From Actinomycetota bacterium (GTDB lineage Bacteria > Actinomycetota > UBA4738 > HRBIN12): a stretch of 57,993 nucleotides of DNA. A model generated the notes under the pieces. It saw nothing but the letters and a program-made list of their open reading frames with translations, searched no databases and had not been told where the DNA came from. The stretch spans positions 1 to 57,993 of the forward strand of contig JBEVGU010000006.1 of NCBI GenBank assembly GCA_040511595.1. The letters are read 5' to 3'. Position numbers and translations under genes: made by a program. Shown piece after piece: positions 8,660 through 18,445 of this stretch (its first letter is position 1; each line of letters begins with the position of its first letter).

Positions 8660-11454
8660 CGCCAGCGAAGCGCTCGTCCACGAAGGCGCGCTCCACCGAG
8701 ACCGAGCCGAGGGAGCGAACCTCCGCGAGACGATCGTCGGGGAAGGCTTCGTCCCCTCGCCCCGCGCCGGACCTGGAGATCCTGCAGACCCAGGTCTTCC
8801 GCGGCCCCAACTACTACTCCTACGACCAGTCGATCCGTCTGCTGGTCGACCTCGGATCGCTCGAGCGCTGGCCGTCGAACACGATCGACGGGTTCAACGA
8901 CACCCTGCTCGAGCTGCTGCCGGGCGTCGGCCAACATTCGTGCTCGCGGGGGCACGCGGGCGGGTTCCGCGAGCGGCTCGAGGAAGGCACGTGGGCCGGC
9001 CACGTCGCCGAGCACATCGCGATCGAGCTGCAGCGCGAGTCCGGTGCGCAGGTCTACCGCGGGAAGACCCGGGGCGCCGGCACGCCCGGTCGCTACAACG
9101 TGATCTACGGGTACTGGGAGGAGCAGGTCGGTCTCGCGGCCGGCCGCCTCGCCGTCCGGCTCGTGAACCACTTGGTTCGACGGGAGAAGGGCTTCGTCTT
9201 CCAGCACGAGCTCGAGCGGCTGATCCTGCTCGCCGAGCGGCGCGCGTTCGGCCCCTCGACGCAGTCGATCCTCGACGAGGCCGCGAGCCGCGACGTCCCC
9301 TTCATCCGCCTGAACGACCAGTCGCTCGTGCAGCTCGGGCAGGGGAAGTATCAGCAGCGCATCAGGGCCACGATGACGTCGATCACGTCGGCGCTCGCGG
9401 TCGACATCGCGGGCGACAAGCAGCTGACCAGACAGCTGCTCGAGTCGGCCGGGCTGCCGGTGCCCACGGGCGCGGTGGTGCGGACCGCCGACGACGCCGT
9501 CGAGGCGGCGAAGCGGATCGGGTTCCCCGTCGTGACCAAGCCGCTCGACGGCAACCACGGGCGGGGTGTGGGGCTCCACCTCACGTCGGTGCGCGCCGTG
9601 CGGGGCGGCTTCTCGCGCGCGGTGAAGCAGAGCCGCGGCGGCCTGGTGGTCGTCGAGGGCATGGTGCGCGGCAACGACTACCGGCTGCTCGTGGTCGGCG
9701 GGAAGATGATCGCCGTCGCCGAGCGGGTGCCCGCGCACGTCGTCGGCGACGGCACCCGCTCCGTGCGCGAGCTCGTCGAGCTCGCCAACACCGACCCGAG
9801 GCGCGGCATCGGCCACGAGAAGGTGCTCACGCGCATCCGCGTCGACGATGCCGCCGAGGCGCTGGTGGCGTCGCAGGGGTTCTCGCTCGACGACGTGCCC
9901 GGCGCCGGCGTGATGGTGATGCTTGCGGCGACCGGCAACATGTCGACCGGTGGCAGCGCGATCGACCGCTCGTGGGATGCGCACGAGGACAACGTGGAGA
10001 TCGCCGAGGAGGCCGCCCGCGTCGTGGGACTCGACGTCGCCGGCATCGACTTCATCGCCCCCGACATCACCGTGCCGGTGCGCGAGACTGGCGGCGCGAT
10101 CGTCGAGGTGAACGCGGCGCCCGGGTTCCGCATGCACACCCATCCGACCGAGGGCGAGCCGCAGTACGTGGCGCGCCCCGTGATCGATCTGCTGTTCCCG
10201 GCCGGCACGCCCTCGCGCATCCCGATCGTCGCGGTGACCGGATCGAACGGCAAGACCACGACCGTCCGGATGATCGCGCACGTGATGAAGAGCATGGGCC
10301 GCAAGGTCGGCCTGACCTCGACCGACGGCATCTACATCGACGGGCGGCTCACGAAGCGCGTCGATGCGAGCGGGCCTCGCTCGGCCCAGACCGTGCTGCA
10401 GAACCCGCGCGTCGACTTCGCGGTGTTCGAGGTGGCCCGCGGCGGCATCCTGCGCGAAGGGCTCGGCTACGGACGCAACGACGTCGCGGTCGTGCTGAAC
10501 GTCACGGGCGACCATCTCGGGCTGCGCGACATCGATACGATCGACCAACTCGCCGCGGTCAAGCGCGTGATCGTCGAGGCCGTGCCTCGCGACGGCTACG
10601 CCGTGCTGAACGCCGACGACGAGCTGGTTGTCGAGATGCGCCGGCACTGTCCAGGCAACGTGATCCTGTTCACGATGCGCGACGATCACGAGCTGATCGA
10701 GCGGTGGGTCCGACGTGGGCGCAAGGCCGTGGTGCTGAGCCACGACGGCAAGGGCGAGCTGATCGTCCTGCGCGACGGGCGTCGCTCGATGCCCGTGGGC
10801 TACACCCACCAGTTCCCCGCGACGTTCGACGGGCGGGCCCGCATGAACGTGCAGAACCTGCTCGCGGCCGTAGCGGCGGCACACGTCTCGGGCGCGCACC
10901 TGCACGACATCCGTCACGGTCTGCGGACCTTCACGACCGACTTCTTCCAGGCGCCGGGGCGCCTCAACATGGTGGACCTCGGCGGCGTCACCGTGCTGCT
11001 CGACTACGCGCACAACGCGGTCGGCCTGCAGATGGTGGGGGACTTCGTCGAGCGCATGACCTCGGAGCCGCCGGTGGAACGTCCGGGCGCGGCGTCGTGG
11101 TCGGCGAACCTGCGGGTCGCAGTGGTGGCCACGGCGGGCGATCGTCGCGACGAGGACATGCGCGAGCTCGGGAGGGTGGCCGCCCGCTACTTCGACGAGG
11201 TGATCGTGCGAGAGGACGTGAACCCCCGCGGTCGCGAGCGCGGCGAGACGGGAGGGCTCGTGATGGAAGGCATCGAGGAGGCGCGCGCCCAGGGAGCCCG
11301 GGCGGGGCACGCCGAGATCGTCCCCGATGAGCTCGAGGCATGCCGGTCGGCGCTCGACCGCAGCCGCCCGGGCGATCTCGTGGTGCTCTGCGTCGACCGG
11401 GCGGCCGAGGTATGGGACGAGATCGAGGCTCGCCGATCGCCCGTGTGGAGCTGA
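8656..11454 (+). CDS. cphA: Cyanophycin synthetase CphA1
   Basis: N domain (RGPNYY, Cx19HxxEH), ATP-grasp G domain (KPLDGNHGRGV, EVNAAPGFRMH) and Mur-ligase M domain (VTGSNGKTT, EVARGG, DHLG, DYAHN). Confidence 0.96.
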   Translation: MTPAKRSSTKARSTETEPRERTSARRSSGKASSPRPAPDLEILQTQVFRGPNYYSYDQSIRLLVDLGSLERWPSNTIDGFNDTLLELLPGVGQHSCSRGHAGGFRERLEEGTWAGHVAEHIAIELQRESGAQVYRGKTRGAGTPGRYNVIYGYWEEQVGLAAGRLAVRLVNHLVRREKGFVFQHELERLILLAERRAFGPSTQSILDEAASRDVPFIRLNDQSLVQLGQGKYQQRIRATMTSITSALAVDIAGDKQLTRQLLESAGLPVPTGAVVRTADDAVEAAKRIGFPVVTKPLDGNHGRGVGLHLTSVRAVRGGFSRAVKQSRGGLVVVEGMVRGNDYRLLVVGGKMIAVAERVPAHVVGDGTRSVRELVELANTDPRRGIGHEKVLTRIRVDDAAEALVASQGFSLDDVPGAGVMVMLAATGNMSTGGSAIDRSWDAHEDNVEIAEEAARVVGLDVAGIDFIAPDITVPVRETGGAIVEVNAAPGFRMHTHPTEGEPQYVARPVIDLLFPAGTPSRIPIVAVTGSNGKTTTVRMIAHVMKSMGRKVGLTSTDGIYIDGRLTKRVDASGPRSAQTVLQNPRVDFAVFEVARGGILREGLGYGRNDVAVVLNVTGDHLGLRDIDTIDQLAAVKRVIVEAVPRDGYAVLNADDELVVEMRRHCPGNVILFTMRDDHELIERWVRRGRKAVVLSHDGKGELIVLRDGRRSMPVGYTHQFPATFDGRARMNVQNLLAAVAAAHVSGAHLHDIRHGLRTFTTDFFQAPGRLNMVDLGGVTVLLDYAHNAVGLQMVGDFVERMTSEPPVERPGAASWSANLRVAVVATAGDRRDEDMRELGRVAARYFDEVIVREDVNPRGRERGETGGLVMEGIEEARAQGARAGHAEIVPDELEACRSALDRSRPGDLVVLCVDRAAEVWDEIEARRSPVWS

Positions 11455-11455
11455 C

Positions 11456-13159
11456 TCAGCGCATCGCGGCTCGGCGGACGAGCTCGCGCACCGTCGCCGG
11501 GTCCGCCCGCCGTGCCCCCAGGTCGCGCTCGAGCAGCTCGAACATCTCCGGGCGTTGCGCGAGCACCGTCAGCGCCAGCACGTCGGCCCCTCCGGACCGT
11601 TCGAGCATCGATCGCAGCGCCGAGATCTCGTCGGGCAGCGCGGGCACGTCGGTGGCGCCGCCGTCGATCGCGCCGGCGCGCAGCCGCGCGACGAGGTCCT
11701 GGGGGTCGCGTCCTCGCAGGTACCTGGGGAGCTCCGCGATCATCACGTGATCGGCGCCTCGCGCCGCCCGGTAGCCCAGTCCGTGCAGGATCGCGTCGTC
11801 GCGGTCGCCGGCCGTGCAGAACGCGAGCCACGTGCTGGCGCCGCGAGGGCGCAGTCCGTGGGCGATCTCGGCGAGCCCGTCGATGCCCGCCTCGTTGTGC
11901 GCGTAGTCCACCACCACGATGCGATCGCCCAGCACGTAGACGTTGGCGCGGCCCGGGTTCGCGTCGGGGTCCGGCAGGAACGTGCGGAGCCCGTCGACGA
12001 CCGCCGTCCGTGGCGTGCCGATCGCGAAGGCGGCCGCCGTCGCAGCCATCGCGTTCTGCACGTGCTGGGAGGCGATGCCCGCGAGCGTCATCGGCACCAG
12101 CTCGAGATCTTCGAGCCTGCGGGAACCACCCCTGCCGAGCTCGGCGAGGCTCCGGTCGAGCACCGTGATCGCCCGGCCCCCGTCGGCGAGCGCTTCTCGC
12201 AACGCCGGGTGGCGGGGATCGAGCGAGCACAGGAACGGGCGTCCACGCGCGCGTCGGCGCATGCCCAGCACGCGGGGATCGTCGGCGTTCAGCACGTGCC
12301 ACCCGGTATCGCGGGTGATCGTCGTGATCGCGGCCTTCACCTCCGCGAGCTGATCGAGCGTGGAGACGCCGTGCATCCCGAGGTGGTCGGCGGACACGTT
12401 CGTGACCACGGACACGTCGTTGTGGCTCGTGCCGATCCCACGGAGCAGGATGCCGCCGCGGGCGGTCTCGAGGACCGCGACGTCGACGCCGGGCTGCGCG
12501 AGCGCCATCTGCGCGCCGCCGAAGCCCGAATAGTCACCGGCCTCGACGAGCCGTCCGTCGTGGAAGACGCCGTCGGTCGAGGAGTACGCCACGCTGCGGC
12601 CGGCCCCGCGCAGGATGTGGGCCAGCAGGCGCACCGTCGTGGTCTTCCCGTTCGTGCCCGTCACCGCGATCACGGGGATCGTCGGTTCGGTCACCGACGG
12701 CGGAGGGCCGGGATCGATCTCGGCGATGCGAGCGGCGGCGTCGGTGGCCAGGCTCTCGAGCGACCGGCGGGTCCCGAGCAGGTCGCGCATCACGGCGGCG
12801 ACCTGACGGGCGAGCGCCTCGGCCGCACCGCGTCGCCGCCACGGGAAGGCGAGCACGACGTGCTCCTCACCGGGGCCGGGCCTGCCCCGCGCGGCCAGGC
12901 GCACGGACGACGCCCTCCCGACCGTGCGCGCGACGTGGGCCGCGACTCGCGCGGTGAACCGCAGCCGCTGCTCGCTGTGCCGAGCCCCGGGTCGCGAGGT
13001 GCCGGGCAGTGACATGTCGGCGGCCATGCGAGCGAGCCTCGGTTCGGTCGCGCGGAGCCATCCAGGCGCGGCGAGCGTGAGCTTCACGGCCGGCCTCGGG
13101 AAGTAGAGGTTCGGCCCGTCGAGCACCCGGAGCTCCACGATGTCGACGGGGTCGGGCAT
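11456..13159 (-). CDS. CphA-like Mur-ligase protein (N-domain-like plus M domain, no ATP-grasp domain)
   Basis: LRVLDGPNLY N-terminus, VTGTNGKTT, ETARGGILLRG, DHLG, NPGRAN, DYAHN, GDRDD; only 567 aa. Confidence 0.88.
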   Translation of the reverse strand: MPDPVDIVELRVLDGPNLYFPRPAVKLTLAAPGWLRATEPRLARMAADMSLPGTSRPGARHSEQRLRFTARVAAHVARTVGRASSVRLAARGRPGPGEEHVVLAFPWRRRGAAEALARQVAAVMRDLLGTRRSLESLATDAAARIAEIDPGPPPSVTEPTIPVIAVTGTNGKTTTVRLLAHILRGAGRSVAYSSTDGVFHDGRLVEAGDYSGFGGAQMALAQPGVDVAVLETARGGILLRGIGTSHNDVSVVTNVSADHLGMHGVSTLDQLAEVKAAITTITRDTGWHVLNADDPRVLGMRRRARGRPFLCSLDPRHPALREALADGGRAITVLDRSLAELGRGGSRRLEDLELVPMTLAGIASQHVQNAMAATAAAFAIGTPRTAVVDGLRTFLPDPDANPGRANVYVLGDRIVVVDYAHNEAGIDGLAEIAHGLRPRGASTWLAFCTAGDRDDAILHGLGYRAARGADHVMIAELPRYLRGRDPQDLVARLRAGAIDGGATDVPALPDEISALRSMLERSGGADVLALTVLAQRPEMFELLERDLGARRADPATVRELVRRAAMR

Positions 13160-13300
13160 GCCGGGGCCAGCCTACCGACGCCGGCGACGAGCAGCGAACG
13201 ATCCGCGCTCGTGGCGAGCGGGTAAGCCGGCCGAGCCGAGGCGAACGGGAGCGCGCGCGTTGTACTACACGGTTCCGCCTGATCTCACCGCTCCCTCGAG

Positions 13301-13530
13301 ATGAAGGCCGCCGGCGTCCCGGTGCTCGCCGGGGGCACCGACTTCTTCCCGTCGCTGGTCGGGCGGCCGTCGCCGCCATCGGTCGTCGACATCGCGGGCC
13401 TCGACGAGCTGCGGGGCATCGTCGAGACCGCCGAGGGCCATCGCATCGGCGCGCTCACACGCTGGGCGGATGTGGCCGCGGCCTCGATGCCCCCGATTCG
13501 ACGGTCTGCGAGCCGCGGCGAATGGTGCAC
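13301..13530 (+). pseudogene. Truncated FAD-binding subunit of a xanthine dehydrogenase/CoxM-type molybdo-flavoenzyme
   Basis: LAGGTD...VVDIAGLDELRGI...RIGALTRWADV, then a frame switch to RFDGLRAAA and loss of similarity; only about 75 aa remain. Confidence 0.7.
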
Positions 13531-13678
13531 GTCGCGGTGACCGGTGGCGCCCCCGAGTGGGGCGAGCCCGTGAGCGACGAGGAGTTCGTCGAAGGGTTCT
13601 GAAACTTCGAGCGCCCCGAGCTTCAGTTCCGGGGGGTTGCGCGTCGATGCTCGAAGCACGGCTGCGTGGGGAGACCTC

Positions 13679-14068
13679 ATGTCACGGGTGCTGGTGATCG
13701 ACGACGAGACGATCGTTGCGACGATCCTCGGATACGCGTTCGAGGCGATGGGCCACGAGACGATCGCGGCCGACGGCGGCGCCTCGGGCATCGACGTCGC
13801 GCGCGTGGAGCGCCCCGATGCGATCGTGCTCGACCTGATGATGCCCGCGGTCAACGGCCTCGACGTGCTCGAAGCCCTACGTCACGACGAGTCCACGCGT
13901 GACGTGCCCGTCCTCGTGCTGACCGCCGTGTCGATGTCGCGCGAGCACCTGCGGTGTGTCTCGGGTGGGGCCGACGTCGTGATGACGAAGCCGTTCGACC
14001 CCCGGGACGTCGCCGACGCGGTCGAGCGCCTCCTGGCCACGGCGACCCCCGCCCGCACCGGCGCCTGA
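13679..14068 (+). CDS. Single-domain response regulator (receiver)
   Basis: VLVIDDE, LDLMMP, LTA and KPFD receiver motifs. Confidence 0.9.
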   Translation: MSRVLVIDDETIVATILGYAFEAMGHETIAADGGASGIDVARVERPDAIVLDLMMPAVNGLDVLEALRHDESTRDVPVLVLTAVSMSREHLRCVSGGADVVMTKPFDPRDVADAVERLLATATPARTGA

Positions 14069-14233
14069 CGGTTCCTGCCGGGACCGGCACAGCGGTCCGG
14101 CAAGGTTCCCGCGGCCCGACCCGACCCGGTCGCTGACGAGCGGGCGGTATCCGCTCGAGGGCATCGCGCGCCCGGTCCGCGTCTGCAGCATCGAGTGGCG
14201 CACGTCCTGCTCTGAGCGAGGCCGCAGGGCCCG

Positions 14234-17176
14234 TCACGGGCCGGCCGGGGACCCGGACCCCTCCGCCGCCGGCTCGCTCGACGGAGTCTGCGACTCGGCC
14301 AGGCGCCGACACAACACCTTGATGACCGCGAGCGACGTCTCGGGTCGCTCCCGCAGGATCGACTCGAACTGCCGCCGCTCGATCGACAGGACGCGGACGT
14401 CGCCGAGAGCCACGAGGCCGGCGATGCGAGGCTCGCTCGTGATCACCGCCATCTCGCCGACCACGTCACCGGACGAGCGCACCGCCACGATGCGCTCGCC
14501 GGCGTCGGCCTCGCCCGCCTCGTCGCGCACGATCACCGAGACCTCGCCGCTCACGATGATGTGCATCGCGTCGCCGGGCTCTCCCTGCTCCGCGATGATC
14601 GCGCCATCGACGTACGCGTGCTCCTGAGCGATGCGGGCGATCGGTTGCAGGTCGGGAGGGGGCAGCATCGCGAACAGCGGCACCTTCCGCAGGAACAGCA
14701 CTCGCTCCATCGGGGATAGGGTCGCCAGGGTCCGGGTCATCGATGCTCCTTCCGTCGCACGGGCGACGACGCCGGCCGCGAGGTCGGCGCACGCCCGGAT
14801 CCACTCGTCGGGATCGTGTCTGAGTCGCTCGAGCAACGCTCGCTGATCGGTCCGTTCCGGCGCCGCGTCCCATATCGAGAGGAGGGGCCGCACCACGTCG
14901 CGCCGCCCGATGCTCTCGATCACCTCGAGCGCGTTCGCCCGCTGCGAGGCATCGTCGAGGGCGAGGTTGTCGATCGCCACGGACATCGCGCCGTCTCCGT
15001 CGAGCACGGCTGCGGCCCGCAGGCCCGCGGCCGCATCGCGTCCCGACCGCGCGAGGAGGGAGTCCTTGAGCAGCGCGAGCCGTTCGTCGTCCCGGTCCTC
15101 GATCGCCGCGCCCAACCGATGGTGCTCGATCGCATCGGCCACGCGTTCGACGGTGAACGCGTGCAGGACCTCGGATCGCCCGTCGTGCGGAAGACGTCCG
15201 AGGGCGGCCGCGGCCGCATCGCGGACGATCGAGCTGTCGTCGACGAGCGCCGGGAGCAGCACGTCGACGGCGCGGTCGGGGTCGAGCGACGCGAGCGCTC
15301 GGGCCGCCTCGGCTCGGGCGGCAGCGACGGGGTCCTCCACGCCCGAACGCGCAGCCTCGGCCAACCGGGGCGACCGCAGGCCCCGCATCGCGCGGAACGT
15401 CCCGGCGCGGACCCCCGCATCCTCGGACGTCGCGAGTTCGATGAGCGTCTCGACGGCGCCCGGGTCACCGCTGAGCCGGACGAGGACGGCCGCGGATCGA
15501 GCCCGCACCTGGGGGTCGTCGTCGTGCATCATCGGGCCCATGGCGTGGGAGGCCGCCTCCGCCTGCACGCCGAGCGCGCCCAGCGCCTCGATCGCCGCGA
15601 GCCGCACGAGCGGCTCCGGGTCGGTGGACCGCTCCAGGATCGGTGCCACGGAGGACTCGGATCCGGCCTTCGCCAGCGATCGCGCGGATGTCGCCCGCAC
15701 CTCCGGGTCGTCGTCGCGCAGCGCCTCCGCCAGCGCCCGCGCTACCTCGGGTCCCTCGACGTCCCCCAGGACGTGGGCCGAGACGCGGCGGACGCGAACG
15801 TCGGGGTCGGCGAGGCCGGCGATCGCCACGTCGATCGCCGATGAGTCCCCGGCTGCGAGCCCGAACGGATCGCGTTCGACGGGTGGGGCATCGAAGACGC
15901 TCGGCCGACCTTCCCGGAGCGCCTGCACCAGCTCCCGCGGGTACGCGCGGCGGACGCCGAGCATCGCCGCCGTGGCGAGCAGCGCGCCGACCAGCCCGAT
16001 CCCCGAGAGCACCGCCGGCGACAGGGCGCGCTCCCCGATCAGGGCGACCACGCCGGCGAGCACCGTGCCGACCTGCGTCGGTCCTCCGTAGAGGAAAGCG
16101 CGGATCTGGTCCCGGCGATCCGCCGGCACCGTGTTGATCACGGCTTCCCAGGCGCTGCTCGCCCCGCCGGAGAGCCAGGCGACCTGGGCGAACCGGAAGA
16201 CGGCGAGTGCCGCGAAGCTCGAGTCGATCGTGAGCACCCCGAAGGCGAGCGCATACAGCAGCGGCAGCACGAGCATCACGGTCGGGACGCCGAAGCGCGA
16301 CAGGAGCCGGTTCGTCACGAACATCGAGAGCAGGAAGGCGAGCCCGGTCGAGATGCCGAAGAACTGCCCGAAGAAGCCGGCGAGGTCGTCAGGATCGGGG
16401 AACCGGGCGGTCGCGGCGCGCGAGAAGGGAAGGTAGAGCGAGAAGAACAGGAGCGAGAACAGGATGGCGCCGAGCGCCATCCACCGCATGAGCGCCGACC
16501 GTCCGACGTAGCGGAGTCCCTGCCGGAGCTGCTCGATCGGATCGCCGACTCCGTCGCGGCCGGGTCGCCGGTGCGCGGGGTCGCCGATCGAGAGCAGCTT
16601 CGCGCCGAGGAGCACGACCACGACCAAGGTGGCCACCCAGACGAGGATCAGGTTCTCCGTGCCGATCGTGGACGCGAGCGGCTGGGTGACGAGACCGCCG
16701 ACCACGTACCCGAGCACGCCGCCCGCTCCGATCAGCGGGAAGAAGCGCTTCGCCTGGCGCGTGTCGCTGACGATGCCGGCGAGCCCCCACACCGACCACC
16801 CGACGACGAAGTACGCCACGCCCTGTAGCAACCACAGCGCGGGCTCGATCCAGGTGAGCTCCCCGGCGAGCGCGAGCCGGCCCGCCGATGCGACCACCGC
16901 GAGTACGAGCGGGATGAGGATGCACGCGCGTCCTCGCCCGAATCGAGCGAGCAGGACGCCGAGCCCCAGCGACACGAGGAACATCGTGCCGCCGAGCACG
17001 AGGTACATCACCGGGAGCTTCTGGACGCCGTAGCGGGCGAAGAACAGCGCCTCGATGCCGCTCTGGCCGATCATCAGCCCCGCGGACGCGAAGAAGGACG
17101 CCGACGTCGCTACGCCGACGGGAAGCCCTTCCCCGGGCCTGAGCCCGACCAGGCGTGCCACGCGCGCGTCCCCCAT
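14234..17176 (-). CDS. MFS/Npt-like membrane domain fused to HEAT repeats and a C-terminal cNMP-binding domain
   Basis: About 12 TM helices (DTRQAKRFFPLIGAG), repeated LxDxDPxVR HEAT motifs, and VGEMAVITSEPRIA cNMP domain. Confidence 0.88.
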   Translation of the reverse strand: MGDARVARLVGLRPGEGLPVGVATSASFFASAGLMIGQSGIEALFFARYGVQKLPVMYLVLGGTMFLVSLGLGVLLARFGRGRACILIPLVLAVVASAGRLALAGELTWIEPALWLLQGVAYFVVGWSVWGLAGIVSDTRQAKRFFPLIGAGGVLGYVVGGLVTQPLASTIGTENLILVWVATLVVVVLLGAKLLSIGDPAHRRPGRDGVGDPIEQLRQGLRYVGRSALMRWMALGAILFSLLFFSLYLPFSRAATARFPDPDDLAGFFGQFFGISTGLAFLLSMFVTNRLLSRFGVPTVMLVLPLLYALAFGVLTIDSSFAALAVFRFAQVAWLSGGASSAWEAVINTVPADRRDQIRAFLYGGPTQVGTVLAGVVALIGERALSPAVLSGIGLVGALLATAAMLGVRRAYPRELVQALREGRPSVFDAPPVERDPFGLAAGDSSAIDVAIAGLADPDVRVRRVSAHVLGDVEGPEVARALAEALRDDDPEVRATSARSLAKAGSESSVAPILERSTDPEPLVRLAAIEALGALGVQAEAASHAMGPMMHDDDPQVRARSAAVLVRLSGDPGAVETLIELATSEDAGVRAGTFRAMRGLRSPRLAEAARSGVEDPVAAARAEAARALASLDPDRAVDVLLPALVDDSSIVRDAAAAALGRLPHDGRSEVLHAFTVERVADAIEHHRLGAAIEDRDDERLALLKDSLLARSGRDAAAGLRAAAVLDGDGAMSVAIDNLALDDASQRANALEVIESIGRRDVVRPLLSIWDAAPERTDQRALLERLRHDPDEWIRACADLAAGVVARATEGASMTRTLATLSPMERVLFLRKVPLFAMLPPPDLQPIARIAQEHAYVDGAIIAEQGEPGDAMHIIVSGEVSVIVRDEAGEADAGERIVAVRSSGDVVGEMAVITSEPRIAGLVALGDVRVLSIERRQFESILRERPETSLAVIKVLCRRLAESQTPSSEPAAEGSGSPAGP

Positions 17177-17254
17177 CGCTCGAACAGTAGGCGGATGGGT
17201 TCACCGCGGGGAAGGGCTTCGCTCGAACCTCGTGGGGTGGCTAGCATGCGCGCC

Positions 17255-18445
17255 ATGGCTTCCACCGATCGTCACACTCGCATGCGGGGGTTGCTGCGAG
17301 CCGCACCGTTGGTCGACGGGCACAACGACCTGTTGTGGGCCCTCCGAGACCGGGGCGGCGATGGAGCGATCGACTCGGACGTCGAACGGGATCGTCCCGA
17401 GCTCCAGACCGACCTGCGGCGGCTCGCGGCGGGCGGGGTCGGCGGACAGTTCTGGAGCGTCTACGTGCCCTCGGATCTTCCCGGTCACGAGGCCGTCACG
17501 CGCACGCTCGAGCAGATCGACCTCCTGTTCGAGGTGGTGGGGCGACACCCCGGGCGGCTCGAGCTCGCGCGGACCGCCGGCGATGTGGAGCGCGCCGCCG
17601 CCACCGGGCGCGTGGCGTCGATGATCGGCGTCGAGGGTGGTCACTGCATCGGCGGTTCGCTCGGCGCGTTGCGGGTGCTGGCGCGGCTCGGTGCCGGATA
17701 TCTCACGCTCACCCACAACGACGACACGGCCTGGGCCGACTCCGCGACAGGGCTGCACCCTCACGGCGGGCTCACCCGCTTCGGCGAGGAGGTCGTGCTC
17801 GAGTTGAACCGGATCGGCATGCTCGTCGACGTCTCACACGTGGCCGATGACACGATGCGTCAAGCGATCGAGGTGAGCCGGGCACCGGTGATCTGCTCCC
17901 ATTCGTCGGCTCGTGCCCTCGCCGACGTCACGCGCAACGTACCCGACGACGTGCTGGATCTCATCGGGCGCACCGGGGGGGTCGTGATGGTGACGTTCGT
18001 GCCCGCCTTCCTCACGCGCGAGGGAGCCGCGGTGAACCGTGCGGGATGGGAGCACGCGGCCGAGCTCCGGGAGCGTCATCCCGACGAGCCGTCGGCGGTC
18101 AGCGAGGCGATGGACGCCTGGTTCGACGAACACCCGGTGAGCGCCGCGGTGACCGACGTGGCCGATCACATCGACCACGTGCGTGAGCGAGCCGGCATCG
18201 ACTCGATCGGCGTCGGCGGCGACTTCGACGGCGCCGGCGAGATGCCCGAGGGTTTGGCCGACGTCGCGGGCTATCCGGCGCTGTTCGAGGAGCTCTCGTC
18301 GCGCGGGTATGCCGACGAGGAGCTCATGAAGGTCGCCGGCCGCAACGTGCTGCGGGTCATGCGCGAGGCGGAACGCGTCGCGACAACCCTCAGCTCTAGC
18401 TCCCCGGGATCTTCATCAGCAGCAGTTGGCCGGCCTCCCGCTTGA
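17255..18445 (+). CDS. Membrane dipeptidase (peptidase M19)
   Basis: DGHND, EGGH, THN, DVSH, SHS and GGDFDG motifs; leaderless TAGCAT-7nt-ATG; the last 50 nt overlap the convergent gene. Confidence 0.92.
   Translation: MASTDRHTRMRGLLRAAPLVDGHNDLLWALRDRGGDGAIDSDVERDRPELQTDLRRLAAGGVGGQFWSVYVPSDLPGHEAVTRTLEQIDLLFEVVGRHPGRLELARTAGDVERAAATGRVASMIGVEGGHCIGGSLGALRVLARLGAGYLTLTHNDDTAWADSATGLHPHGGLTRFGEEVVLELNRIGMLVDVSHVADDTMRQAIEVSRAPVICSHSSARALADVTRNVPDDVLDLIGRTGGVVMVTFVPAFLTREGAAVNRAGWEHAAELRERHPDEPSAVSEAMDAWFDEHPVSAAVTDVADHIDHVRERAGIDSIGVGGDFDGAGEMPEGLADVAGYPALFEELSSRGYADEELMKVAGRNVLRVMREAERVATTLSSSSPGSSSAAVGRPPA

Noticed and set aside
8581-11310. Long antisense or overlapping ORFs (also 46974-50003 +, 39714-42302 -, 50402-52555 +)
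   Set aside because: These are typical high-GC shadow ORFs opposite well-supported genes; only the non-overlapping ends of some are real genes.
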